Source: Klebsormidium nitens
Taxonomy: Eukaryota; Plantae; Klebsormidiophyceae
Assembly: GCA_000708835.1 (NCBI GenBank)
Contig: DF237336.1
Coordinates: forward strand, 1-64,000
Reading direction: 5' to 3'
DNA length: 64,000 nucleotides
Below the pieces are notes generated by a model. It was not told where the DNA came from. It worked only from the letters and a program-made list of their open reading frames with translations, and did no database searches. A program made the position numbers and the translations under genes. Of the stretch, positions 12,668-25,166 are shown piece after piece; position 1 is the stretch's first letter; the number at the start of each line of letters is the position of its first letter.

Positions 12668-15600
12668 ATGCTGGCCGCGCAGACCGCCGTGCGCAGGTTG
12701 GCGGACAGCCTCCCGCGCTCCCTCGTGGAAGATGTGTTCAAGTGAGTGGATCTACCCTTGTCCGCACCACCCCCTGCTCTTGCGCAGGTTACGAACTAAA
12801 GGAGTCTTATTGTGTGCATACTCAAGGGCAGAGAAATCGAAGCATAAGCCTGGTGATTTTGGTTGTATAATAGGACTGAGGCCCGGCAGCTTTGGATAGA
12901 GTGGTAAATTGGGGCCTAGCTTCAAGATACTTGCTTTTTGCAGGTGTTCATTCAAAAAGCAGACGGGTGTCTCGCTCAAGTACATGATGGACTTTGGGTA
13001 AGACTGCGCTCCTACTAAGAAGCAGTTTGTTGATTGCAATGAAGCTGTGCCTTTCCAGGTGCATTCTCCCTCAAGCCTGTGGCTCCGTTCGCATGGCCGT
13101 CTCTATTGAGAGTGATCCACCTGCCTGCCCTTCGTACAGGCCCGTGTGCCGCTGCCCCCTGCTGATCCCCGCTGTCTGCTGCAGGGCATATCCCACGGAG
13201 CGCAACCTGTTGATGTCTGCCCAGTTCCTGCACAAGGAGCTGCCCGTGCGGCTGGCCCACCGCGTGACGGAGCTTGAGCAGCTGCCCTATGGCCTCTCCG
13301 CCAAGGCCCCCGTCCTCAAGGTCAGCATGCCCGCAGGACTGGCCTGTACTCAAGGTGCAAGAGAAGCAGGGGCTTCTGTAACCACGACTCTTTCAACGCT
13401 GATACAGGTGTGAGGGCAGGCGGTTGAGCTTTCTGCCGTGCCTTATGGTATGGAAAGTTTTGCTTCTGGAAGAGATTTGTTCCTGCTCCTCGTGGTCTCG
13501 ATTTCCTGTGGGGGTTCCATTGAAGCGCTTGGCGCGGTGCGTGTGCAGGTGCGCGACTGGTACCTGGACAGCTTCCAGGACCTGCGCAGCTTCCGCGAGA
13601 TCGCGACTCCGAGCGACGAGATGGCGTTCACAAAGCTGCTGGCGGCGATTAAGGAGCGGCACAACCACGTGGTGCCCACCATGGCCATGGGCATCCAGGA
13701 GCTGAAGCACGACCTCGGCCGCCGCACCGGCTCCATGCACGACCTGCCCGACATCCACCAGTTCCTCGACAGATTCTTCATGTCGCGCATCGGCATCCGC
13801 ATGCTCATTGGTGCGCACTACGGGCTTCCGCCAAGAGCGGGGGCATCTGGCCAAGTCTATCGATGTACACAGAGTACTTACTCAGTTGGACTTGGAGGCC
13901 ACATCCGATTGTGGCCTTACAGACTTTTACTGTAAGCCGAAGTTGTTCCAGAGTCGAGCAGCATGTCACCTGAGAAGTCAGATATTCGCAAATGAGGCGT
14001 TTTTTCCAGTGCTGGTGCTGGCGCCTTATTAAGGCATTCTCATGTCGTGTTTCTGTCATCTCCATTTGTCTCCAAGCTTCTTCATAGCCTCCCTCGCCTA
14101 ATCCTTAGAGGTCTTGTCCTCAGGTCGCCGCTTTTGGCGGGTCTGTGGGGATACTCACGCAGGTATATGTATTTGGTGCGCGCAGGGCAGCACATCGAGT
14201 TGCACAAGAAGACGCTGCCGGACGGCTACATTGGGCTGATCCACACGCGCTGCTCGCCGGTGGAGGTGGCCGAGATGGCCATCGAGGACGCGCGCGCCAC
14301 GTGCATGCGCACATATGGGGGCGCGCCCGACGTCAAGGTCTACGGCGACCGCAACTTCACCTTCGCCTACGTAAGGGCCCTCTGCTTTTGAAACTGGACC
14401 TTCGTTTGGCGGCCAGGTATCAGAAGAGGCGACCTAGCCCTTCCTGCATTTGACGCGGTCTATGCAACTCTTCTAGATGCAATCTTTACGGAAGTAAGTT
14501 ATTGCAATTGCCTACTTCCAACGCCCGTAGGTGGATTTGGAAAGACACTCCCCGTCTTCCCCCTCGAAACTTGATGAGCGCAACTGAGTCAAGGCAATGA
14601 GGTCGTACTTGTGTGCCAAAGGAGCAACTCTGTATGGTAAGCCGTGCTCTGAGCGGTGCTCCACTACGAGCTTGGAGCTGACAATCTAGTCCCAACAAAG
14701 TTTGGTGTCCTCAACAGAGAAGTCGGCCTCAAGGTGAGCGCTCTTGCCTTGCTCCTTCTGCTTGCGTGCGTGTTCGCTGTCGGGGCTGACCCGGAGTTGT
14801 GGCGCATGCCAGGTGCCGAGCCACCTGCACCACATGCTGTTCGAGCTGGTGAAGAACAGCCTGCGCGCGGTGCAAGAGCGCTTTGATGACGCGGACGTGG
14901 AGCCGCCGCCCATTCGCGTCGTTGTTGCCGACGGCCTGGAGGACGTCACCATCAAGGTACAGTGCAGGCAGAGCAGGCGCAGGGACTGCAGCGTTGCATG
15001 CGTTTGAGAGGCAGTAGTACAAGCAGTGCGAGATAGTCTTAGAACATCATACGGGTCCTCCTCTACCGCTGTCCCGAGCTGCCAGACCTCATGGAAGGAG
15101 AACGGGGACTCAGATTGAGCGGCCTGGACCCCCTACAGTCTAGGACCCCCTGCGCGTCCAGAGATCGACGTCGTTGAATCCGGCCGTTATTCGGCTGCAC
15201 AGCAGTGGTCAGTGATTCCGTTAAATCCAGAATACTGTACCACTTCACGAGTCCGGTTGAATTTAAACGGACTCATCAAGGCCCATGATAACGTTCTTTG
15301 TCGTGTGCGGTGGGGATTCTAGGCTGTAAGGAGGGTCGGGGAAGCTCAACTCGTGTCCATGTTTTCCTCAAGGGGTTCCGCCAGGCTGTCCGCTGGTATC
15401 TCGGCTGCTATGACCTCATCCTCGTCTCACTTCTTTTCTGTGCTTGCAGATTTCGGACGAGGGGGGCGGCATCCCGCGAAGTGGGATGCCCAAGATCTGG
15501 ACGTGAGCACACGTGGCATCTTATCCTCTGGCCTGATCATTTCATTGCTATTACTGTCGCCTGTCAGTCTTGTGGCTCCTGCTCTGTTGCAACCGGCATG

Positions 15601-16346
15601 GCTCGGCAGGCAGTCCTACCCATCCCTGTGGCCCAGGAAAACTGCTTCCGACATTCCCCGGAACTTTCGAGATCCTTGTTCGAGTGGCTTATATTTCTGC
15701 CCGCTGTTGTCCGAGGAGTCGCGCCGGTCTTCTGATGCGTCTCCTCGTTACCACTGAGGAGCACTTGCGAGTGTTCGCGATGGCTGTCCTCTTGGCGCTG
15801 TGCCGTGCCCGCTGTCGAGTCCCCCGCCGCTGCGCGACGCCGGCTGAGACACGTGCCTGCTTGTCGCGCAGGTACATGTACACGACGGCCCAGTCGGTGG
15901 CGGCGCCCGACAACATGCCCGCGGTGTTGGCGGGCTACGGGTACGGCCTGCCGGTCAGCCGGCTGTACGCCAAGTACTTCGGGGGGGACCTGCAGATCAT
16001 CTCCATGGAGGGCTACGGTCAGCGCCCGCCGCCGCAGCTTGACCTGCTTCGACTCTCGTCTTTTCTTGAGTCCCAATTTCGTATCTCCTCAATGGCAAGG
16101 AGTGGCGTGGTACTCAAGGAACTTAGGGCAGCTCCTGAAGAGCACCACGAATGGTGTCTGAGAAACTTTTTCGCTGTTGAGCATTGAAGTCGTCAGTGTA
16201 GGCGGGTCGTGCCTCCTCACTGATAGGCATCTGAAAATCTAGAACCTGATGTGAGCGAACTTTTCCTGTTCTGCTCTTTTTGTGCAGGTACGGATGCTTA
16301 CTTGCATCTCAATCGGCTTGGAAACGTTCAAGAGCCTTTGCCGTGA
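12668..16346 (+). CDS. PDK: Mitochondrial pyruvate dehydrogenase kinase, about 370 aa
   Basis: Exons 12668-12741, 12944-12997, 13185-13320, 13549-13810, 14186-14370, 14813-14956, 15450-15502, 15872-16017, 16288-16346. Motifs [68 protein letters not shown], and C-terminus [19 protein letters not shown]. Confidence 0.96.
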
Positions 16347-18198
16347 GGAGTGCAGTCTGCCAGGAGGGTCCTTCTTGTCTGCGAATGCTCTGTCAAGTTC
16401 AGCGTAGCGCCAGACAGGCTACGAGCAAAGGAGAGCAAAGGAGATTGCGTGAAATCTGGATCTGGGCAGAAGTGCACGTTTTCAGCATAGTAGAGAGCTC
16501 GCGAACTTGCTTGTGCAGTGTCTATGTTTTGCCATAAGCAAAAGATTATGCTAGGGCTATTATTTCCATCATAAACTGAGCTGCTGTTTGAGGTGCATCA
16601 CATGTTCGGTTACCCAAGTTGCACTGTTTACGGGGTGTCGGGCACTTCTTCTCTGACAGTTTTTGTAGTAAGCAATTCGCTTTCTCGGCAAGTGCGCCAC
16701 TCCGTTTCTCAAAATCAGAAAATTTTCCGATTGGAGATTAGTGGCGGCCGGTGCTGTGAAATTTTAACACACATGTTATAGCGACGGTCCTCTGCAAGGC
16801 ATGTTAATCCGACGAGTAATCCATATGCACGGTCACAGGACACGATAATTGACGGAACATACTTAATGTGCCACATGAGCAGGCTAGGGCCCGGGCCGGT
16901 CTTCATGACGATTGGATGTCACTACGTCCATGAATCATGACGTTGCAGTGCCTGCCAGGCTGTCATGTCAGTGTGGAAGAGTGCATGCGCGGCACAAGCT
17001 GACTCGTGCAGAAACTGTTTGGATATGTCAACCCATGGTAGTTGGGCCGACCGTTCGCAACCTAGCTGACAGTTGGAAGGGAGATGTACTGAGGTCGGAG
17101 GAAACCCATGCGCAGGCTTCCATGGGAAGTGCCCGGCCAGGATCGCCATACGGTGCCATGTCATGACGATGAGTACGTGAGAGTTGAAGCTAGTGATTGC
17201 CATTCTAATATATGAATATGAATAAGAGTGACTGCATATGAATGATCGAAAAGAGTTGAGATGACCAGCCTGCGCTTCGGCTGATCGAACTAGGATCATG
17301 ATCACGCGCGCCAGGCGTTGAAGGCCGGTACTGCCTAGATTTTCCCCCCTAGCTTTTGAAGGGAAATCAGTTGTTGAAATGCAAGCTAGTGGGCATCATG
17401 TCATGTCATGTTGGACTCGGAGTGCTACAATCAATTAAGTCTTGTTCCACAGCTGCCACAGGTTCCGACGTTTGCGGATCGCTAGTGGACAATGTAGTGG
17501 AGCGCGTACCCGTGAGCACTATAGCTTGCGAAAGTTGCGGCGAGGGTCGAGTTGCAGCGGCACATGCAAGGTCGGCCGCGAGGAAACGAGCGCACTTATT
17601 GACTTGATCATAGAAATTGCGCGGTCACTGCAAGGGCAATGAGTAGTCCTTTGACCTGAAATGCAAAAGTCATGGTCTGTACGAGCTTCAAATTGCAACC
17701 GTCGATGATGTCAGCCACAACTTTTGAGAGCACAAGCTTAATACAATCTCACTGATGGATGCGGCATGTCTATGCCATAGAGGATCTCCTTCAAGTTTCT
17801 CCTGTGGACACATGTAGACCACGGAAAACAAGGATTATAATATTTTACCCTAGTCATCACTATTAAAGCGTTGGCCAAGCCAACTCAAAGTCAAGTAGTG
17901 AGTGCCACAGCACGTTCAATGTCAACAGTATAGTGGCCGTAAAGCTAATTCTCCAGGGCCTACGAAACCTGACAAGATACAGACTTTGAACCTAAGGTTC
18001 CGAGGCCCCATTACGAACTGGGAAGGCTCCCTTCCCAGCTTTGCTTAATTGACGCCAAGATGCTGGCGTGTGAGCTGGCAACTGAGGGGCTCCGGTCCGG
18101 TGCAACTCCAACACAAATCTGTTAGCGGAGGGTTTATTGATGCTTTTTGACTCTACTTGCAACTACATGTGCTTAAACGTGCTTCGCCCTTGAAACCC

Positions 18199-19350
18199 CT
18201 AGCTCAACAACACGGGGGATCTTGTTGGCACCAAGCCAAATGAAAGAGCTCTTTCCAGCTCCAAAATTACCCGAATATCATCACCTGATCTCACAAGGGG
18301 TGGCAAGAAAAGCCACTCAGCTGTGACAAAGCAAAATATCAATGTCAGCAGAATCTTGATCGCTTTGGGAGGCTGGGGCATCTTGGGATGTGACCGCCGT
18401 ACCCACCGTTCAACGCAAAGGGCAACTCCGTGCAGCAGAAAGAAAGCTGTCACTTCTCCAGAGACGGTGCGCGTTATGTACCAGAATATAAGCTCGTGCA
18501 TTATGCCCGAAACTGCAAATGCTGCTAGCACGGACACCAGTCGTTGCTCGAGGGTCATGAAATTGAGACGCTCTCTAGGGGCATCCTTGAAACCGTCTTG
18601 CTTTGAAACACTCCCATTTGGCGCTCCTCCTCTAGCTCTGCCATTTGCTTGTAACATCAGATCCCGTTTTGCCGATCTCTCCAGAAGGGGCTCATAGACA
18701 GACTCGCGTAGAAGTGCGCTGACGGTCAAGTTCCATCGTCGAGCCCAGAAATCGGACACAGATGCTGATAAGAATGGGCGATCAAAGTCAGGCAGCAACT
18801 CCACCCCCAGGACCCAGGATGTGAGCGCACCAGACAGGTTCATGACGGTGGAGATGAAGAGGTACAGATTCAGGTACCAAAAGAAATGATACACCTGGGC
18901 GTGCAGGACCTCCCCATTGCCATTGATTTGTAATGTGACCAGCAGGATTCCCACTTTCAGCAAGCTCTGGAGGAATAGATTCCAAGTTGTATCTTTCTGC
19001 TTTTGGAGCCCTTTGCTTTTTGACGACCTCAGATGGATGGGGCAGCACAACACGGCGCAGAACTGGAACAAGCTCTGATCAACTTTCGGATCTACTAATG
19101 GACCCCTCCCAAATGCTAGCATGATCAGCTTGAATGAAGATAGCCAGCTGACGATGCAGCCTACCACCGCGGTCGGCAGGACGGCGATCCGAACGTCATA
19201 GACTAGAATGGGGACACTCAGATAGAAGGCCACCACTGGAGCCGCCAGCAGGCAACGAAGGTAGAGCAGCTTCTGAGGCTTGATGAAGGCGAATGAGTAC
19301 AGGGAAGTCACGAGTAGACAGGCAAAGAGGCTCAGGTTGGGGCCAGCCAT
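18199..19350 (-). CDS. MBOAT-family long-chain-alcohol O-fatty-acyltransferase (wax synthase / sterol acyltransferase-like), intronless, 383 aa
   Basis: Single ORF from ATG 19350 with multiple hydrophobic helices. Motifs WLSSFKL, FDRPFLSASVSDFWARRWNL, FAVSGIMHELIFWY, FFLLHG. Confidence 0.9.
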   Translation of the reverse strand: MAGPNLSLFACLLVTSLYSFAFIKPQKLLYLRCLLAAPVVAFYLSVPILVYDVRIAVLPTAVVGCIVSWLSSFKLIMLAFGRGPLVDPKVDQSLFQFCAVLCCPIHLRSSKSKGLQKQKDTTWNLFLQSLLKVGILLVTLQINGNGEVLHAQVYHFFWYLNLYLFISTVMNLSGALTSWVLGVELLPDFDRPFLSASVSDFWARRWNLTVSALLRESVYEPLLERSAKRDLMLQANGRARGGAPNGSVSKQDGFKDAPRERLNFMTLEQRLVSVLAAFAVSGIMHELIFWYITRTVSGEVTAFFLLHGVALCVERWVRRSHPKMPQPPKAIKILLTLIFCFVTAEWLFLPPLVRSGDDIRVILELERALSFGLVPTRSPVLLS

Positions 19351-19527
19351 GACACGCCGCCTTCTTAAGCTCACAAACCGCCCTGGGCGAGCTACGAGTA
19401 CCCATTAATAATAATAACTCTCGAGTTCTTTGATGCCAACGAACCAGCTTCTCCAGCTGAGCTTGCGCAGTGCTCGTGATTGAACGCTTGCAATGGCATT
19501 GCTAGCTCCATGATGCACCACATGAAA

Positions 19528-19703
19528 CTCAAGAAAAATAATAGTAAGCCCAGATAATAGTAAGGTAACCGCACTGTGACGGGTAGGGTTAGTATGGTGG
19601 TTAGGGTGGGTACGGGTGCGGAGCGGGTGTTTCATTTCAGGTTAGGGTTTTTAGTGTTAGTCGGAGCTTACTATTATCTTGGCTTACTATTATCTTTCTT
19701 GAG
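19528..19703. mobile_element. MITE-like element: 37-bp inverted repeats around a G-rich spacer
   Basis: 19528-19564 and 19667-19703 are reverse complements with 2 mismatches. Each arm carries two ATAATAGTAAG units at 16-bp period. No clear target-site duplication. Confidence 0.55.
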
Positions 19704-20407
19704 AATTATCACCACCCATGCCAATGGAGAGGTATCATCATGTGGTACCAGCGTCTGATTTCGACGCCAAATCATTAATTATGAAACGTTTGCGAGTTTC
19801 GGCAGCCCTAGCGTTACCTGCCAAACACAACCAATTATTAGCTAATGATGAGGTAGGTACTTAAAAGGAATAAACCCCTTAAACCCTAAGTTTCGACTCG
19901 CGCTGGCGGGCACTGGCGGCAGCTGAGCGGCTCGATCAGGCTATTTAGGCAAGTTAATTATAGCATGAGCCGACACAGTTTAGGAATAGGAGTATACCTA
20001 GCATGGCCCGGCGCCGTTCGACCGTGACGTGCAGTGCCGGCGGCCAACTGCGCGACTCGGATGTTTGATTGCGCGGCGGCCGGTTCTACCTACTTCTAGC
20101 TGGAGGTAGGAAATATACCAGGTATATAATATGTTAAAGTTGGTCAGTTTAAAGTTATCGGACAGGCACGTGTGGATATGTGCCAGAGCAGTTGCCGTTT
20201 CTTGCGTGAGCGATGGACCGACAGCTCGTAAATGATAAAGGATCCAACCATTACCACCCTGTTCCGAGTTCAGTGCAGATTGAGCAGAGTTGCTGTGATT
20301 CGTGAAGCCTGAAGCCTGACAAAGGTGCCGGTGCTGCACTCCAAAATTCCAAGTTCCACATTTCCAAGTTCCACACATGCTCGCAATTTCGCCCACCTCG
20401 TGATGTC

Positions 20408-23400
20408 ATGATGGCTATGTCTTGTAGACAGGCAATTGGCCTGCCCCTCCCCTCCTTCGAAGTTGCCCCCTTTGGCACATTTCTTGGGAGTGGGGACCCC
20501 TTCTTGATCGCACCTCTGCGCACAAGTTCCGGTGCCTCTACCTCGGGCAGCTTAGTCACGCCAGTCACTGCATCCAAGGAGAGTTTGAGCGGTGAGCAGA
20601 GATGGAGGGAAGGGGCCAGGGGACAGGTGGCAGCAGAGGCGTTCAGAGGCAGAGCTCGAAGAGCAGGGATCAGCGAGATTATTGGCACCAATGCAGCTGC
20701 TACCACCGTCTCTCTGACGGACACTCAAAAGGTCAGAGCGTCATTGAGCAGAATTCTCAAAGCGACCATCCTTTTCCTTTAGTATGCGTTGGCCACGATG
20801 GTAGTGTTTGTGGGAATATTCGAGTGTCCAGCTTGCACATGGCCACCTGGCTGCTCTGATCAGCTCCTACATTAACAGGAGGCCCATAACATTCTATACT
20901 TGAGCTCAAAGCTTGCTTACCCTGAAAATACTGGTGGTGGAAAACTCGCTAACCACTTAAGAGCAAGACCTTCCAATCAAGAGTTGGACAAGGCTCTACA
21001 TTCAAGTTCAAATAGCAAACATTATGTGATGACTGGTTTTTGCTCCTTTGTTGCAAAATTTAATGGAAATGCGATGGATATGGTGACGCCTCCTTCATTG
21101 GCGAGGTGCTTAGGCATGTGTCTGTTGCGTCGACTTTCTGCTTGGAGTCGCTTTATAGACAGCTTTTTTGTAAGCCCTCTCTACCGCCTGACAAGTCCTA
21201 CTTCGCCTGGATGTAATCTTTGTAAGTGTCTCTCTGGCGTACGCTAGACATTCAGCATAAGACTTCCGCAAGCCAAGTAATGCTTTCGGTTGCTGCCTTT
21301 TCAATCAAGCACCGTGGTGGCCTCCATGGTCTTACTTGGCGCCACTTTGTTTGGCCGCCCCTGCTCGGCGCGGTGTCGCTGAGCCGTGGTGTGCGTGGCG
21401 CTGGCGTGGTGCAGGCGCTGGTGGAGGAGGCGGAGGAGGAGCAGTGGGGCCTGTACCAGCTGGCCATGGAGGGCAACACCACCAAGAAGGTCGAGTTCAG
21501 GGGGACGCGCCTCGGCTACCACCCTGAACTTGGCAAGGGCATTGTGGCCGCCTACGACATCCCCGCCGCCGACAAGCAGCGGGTCAGCATGCCTGCCGCT
21601 CTGGTCACGCTGTAGAGCCCCACATTGCCTGCCCCCTGTGTAACGTTGGTGCAATAGTTAGTCTGCTCTTAACTTGTTGGTCTCGCTTAGTTTCTGGAAG
21701 GGGATCAAAGCGGAGGCTCAGGCTTGAGTCACATACTTGATGCACAGTGGGTCTGCTTGCCCACGACCAGCGGGTTGAAAAGTTGGCATTGCCCCGAGGT
21801 CTTGGCCCACAGCGTTTGAGTCGCTCAGTGCCTGGACTGGCGCGGTCTGACTCGGCTGGCCCCCGGGTGCAGATCATCCTGGAGGTACCGTCGTACCTGT
21901 TTTGCTCCCTCAGCGCCTACACTCCTTTCCGCTTCCGGCCCGACTTCCTTGAGCCCGACAACCCTGTCGTCGCCGAGCTCAACGAGACCGACGAAATGGT
22001 GAGCCCGTCGCTCGAGCGACCGCTTCCTGCTAGCCTAACTCTCCCAGGGGCCAGGGGTCTTCCTGGGTCACATCATAAGGCGTGTCCTGGGAGGAGGTAC
22101 TGCCGGACAGAGCCTTCGAAAGGGTGTTGTGCCAGCCGCTCTACATTGACGGCCCTACCGTCAAATGCATTTAATTCGACGAACGCCCTCACAGCTTTGC
22201 CGGCTGCGTCATTTATGTGACCCGGGTTGTGCTGTGCAGTTTGACGGGGACACGCGGCTGGCGCTGCTGCTGCTGATGCTCAAGAACGACGACGGGTACG
22301 ACTTCCCGCTGCGGCCCGACTTCTGGCGGCAGTACATCGGGTACTACCCCGGCGTGGAGGACTGCCCCAGCCTGCTGCTGGCCACGCCCGACGAGCTGGC
22401 CGAGCTGCAGGACGACCACCTCGCACAGCACTTCCGCCACCAGCAAGCGCGCTCCGAGGCCCTCCACAAAAAGCACTTCGTGAGCGCGCCAACCCGACCG
22501 CCCTGCTGCACCTCGCCATTGCGGCCTGCCGTTGGTCATCTCATTCTTCTGCCCTTGAAGGCCTCGAGGGAGCCAGACTTCGCCGACGATCTGGACCTTC
22601 ACGTGGGAGTGAAGCGCCGGGGAGTGGACTTCGAAAACAAAAGGTTTGACAAATGATAAAGTAAGGGCCGGAGTTGATCGTAATCTGGTGACCCCCCGTG
22701 CATGGTTGCAGACGGGCGCGGTGCCGCGGCGGCAGCGCGTGATGTGCCGCACGCTGGACGAATTCCGGTGGGCGCTGGCCACGGCGCGCGCGTACCAGCT
22801 GCCGTACGAGTGGCACGTCTCCTCGCAGGCCTTCCCGGCCAGCGCCCTCATCCCCTATGCCGGTGAGGCCGCATGCCGTGCAACCTTGGGCACGTCTCAA
22901 ATATCTCATTCCCTCCTTTGGGGGCTGCCACGTTGGTTCTGATGCGGGTCTTTCAGTCACTGGCCTTGCTCCTTGCCCAACATTTGAGACAGGTTCTTCG
23001 TTTTCAGATTACCATTTTTGGATTCTCGACTTCTTCGCCCAAGCGAGCCCACCCAGGGCGGAGAGCCTCCTGCGAGAGCTGTGCCCTGTTTTTGTCAGTC
23101 GAGATCGTAACCCGGACGGCGAATCCTCTGACGGGCCAGATATGCTTTCTCCGATGGTCGCCCTCTGCTTTCCGTCCGCCGGCGCTGACGCCCCTCGTTG
23201 CGGTGCAGATCTGCTGAACCACTCGGACTCCGCCAACTGCACGTACCGCTGGAACCGCAACACACAGGCGCTGGAGGTGGTGCTGCTGGCGGGGCGCGCC
23301 GTGGCCGCGGGGGAGCAGCTCACGCTGGCCTACCACCACAAGGAGACCAACGCGGGGCTCATGAAGAACTACAGCTTCGCCCTCAAAAAGGTGCGCGCCT

Positions 23401-24684
23401 GCCGGTCAGCCACACCCAGCCACCAGGCCTCTCTCAAGGGCTGACAAAGAAGGTTGCATCAATTAGATGCACGAGGTGTACAGGCAGGTTGTGTCGGCGT
23501 GCTTCTTCTATTGCTCCCTTCTTAGCGGAGTCCCATACGAGGTCCCCTACTCTACACGTGGTCGGTTGTTGCTGGCACGTGCCTGACTGTGGCCGTGGTG
23601 CGCAGAACCGGTACGAGCGGGTAACCGTGGAGTCGGATGCGCGGGTGCATCACGACTCGCTGCTGTCGGCCCTGGGGGTGGCCGGCATCGAAGACCACTA
23701 CTCGTACAAAGGTGAGCGTCCGGCCCGGCGGTCCCCTCTGAAGCCCGATCGCTAGCCTGCTTTAAACTTGCGTGATGACCATCCAGAACTTCGCAACGGT
23801 CTCGATCATTTCCGTCCTGTCGTGTGATGGTTGCTTCGACACCAGGGGTGTTTTCTCCACTGTGCGCGTACGCTCGTGTCCCCCATGTTCACTATCTGCG
23901 GGTGCCGTGCGCGTGCAGGTCCGTCGTCCAGCTGGCGCGCGCAGTTCGTGGACGGGCACGTGTACGCCGCGCTGCGGTGCCTGCCGCAGTGGTACGGCCC
24001 CGGGGTGCCCCCCCTGCCGGAGGACGAGCGCGCCGCCGCGCTGGGGCTCGCGGACGCGTACCGCGCACTGCTGGACGCCGCACCCACCACCCTGCAGCAC
24101 GACAGGGACCTCCTCGGTGAGCAACCCTCGCTGGGGAACTCGGGGAGACGATGTGTCGTGCCCTTTTCTCTGCTCCTGCGCATGCTTTTCACTGCTGTCT
24201 TAGAAACCAAGCAGCGGACATGTTGCTGTTGGTTCGGCTCGTACTTGCTCTTTCTGCGGGATCCAAAATGGGCCCTCGGAACTTGGTGATTCCAGCGGAG
24301 CGGATAAGACTTCTCGGATCTTGATGCGTGGTTGGAGTTTTCAACGGACGTATTTCGCCGCTCTGTGACTTCGTCCCTATGCTGCTGATGTCATCCCCAT
24401 CGTGTGCATCCTGCAGCCCGGGCGCAGGATGACGTGGGGCTCATCAGCGTTCGTCACACCACAGCTCTCAAGTGAGGACCTGTCGTCTGGAGCTTTCCCC
24501 CAAATTGCTTCTTGGCAATTCCTGCACTGCTTGCTTGGTTCCTGGAGGCGGATGACGTCTTGCACTGCAATGCCCGGCTTAATGGTTTTGTTCTTTTTCT
24601 GGCAGGTACCGGCTAGAACGGAAGGAGTTTATCTCGAAAATAATAGAGGTGTTGCTCTTTTACGCTGACGACATTGTACTATGA
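20408..24684 (+). CDS. SET-domain protein lysine methyltransferase of the Rubisco LSMT/SETD3-like family, probable plastid transit peptide, about 542 aa
   Basis: Exons 20408-20731, 21415-21582, 21873-21998, 22240-22479, 22712-22862, 23209-23390, 23606-23711, 23919-24116, 24417-24471, 24606-24684. Motifs GKGIVA, FWRQYI, FRWALAT, LIPYADLLNHS, GEQLTLAY, LMKNYSF, and an LSMT substrate-binding tail TTLQHDRDLL...ALKYRLERK. Confidence 0.88.
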
Positions 24685-25120
24685 CGGTCTCGATAATCAG
24701 AGGATCTCTACAACGTTTCATTCAAACGCCTTCTTGTGTAGAAGCTGGTCAGATAAGATCGATGACACGATTCAAAAAGCATGCGCCTTTATCGTCTTTA
24801 AGGCTGTGGCACACATGCTGGCATGTGCAGCCAATCTGCGCGGCCGCCAACTCCAGGACCTCTGGGCCATGATTGGCCTGCTGCATTGAATGAAAAGCTC
24901 GCCATGCGCCAGCCTCATGGCATGCTTGAACATCACGTGCAGCGCAGGTATCGTCCATATGGTCGGTTTACACCGTGGATAATCTTCGATCAGATATTGG
25001 GCGCATTGCGAGATCGAACTTAGAAATGCAATATTGCATGCATGTGATCAGATAATTGGATCATGCAAAAATTGCACATTTGCACATGGACCATGCCAGG
25101 CAGGCGCCCGCTCACAATTA

Positions 25121-25166
25121 TACGGGATGTACGTCCGACCGCGCGCGGTCGGACGTACATCCCGTA
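25121..25166. repeat. Perfect 46-bp palindrome with no spacer
   Basis: TACGGGATGTACGTCCGACCGCG followed directly by its exact reverse complement CGCGGTCGGACGTACATCCCGTA. Confidence 0.92.

Noticed and set aside
20251-20724. 157-aa minus-strand ORF
   Set aside because: Antisense to exon 1 (transit peptide) of the SET-domain gene.
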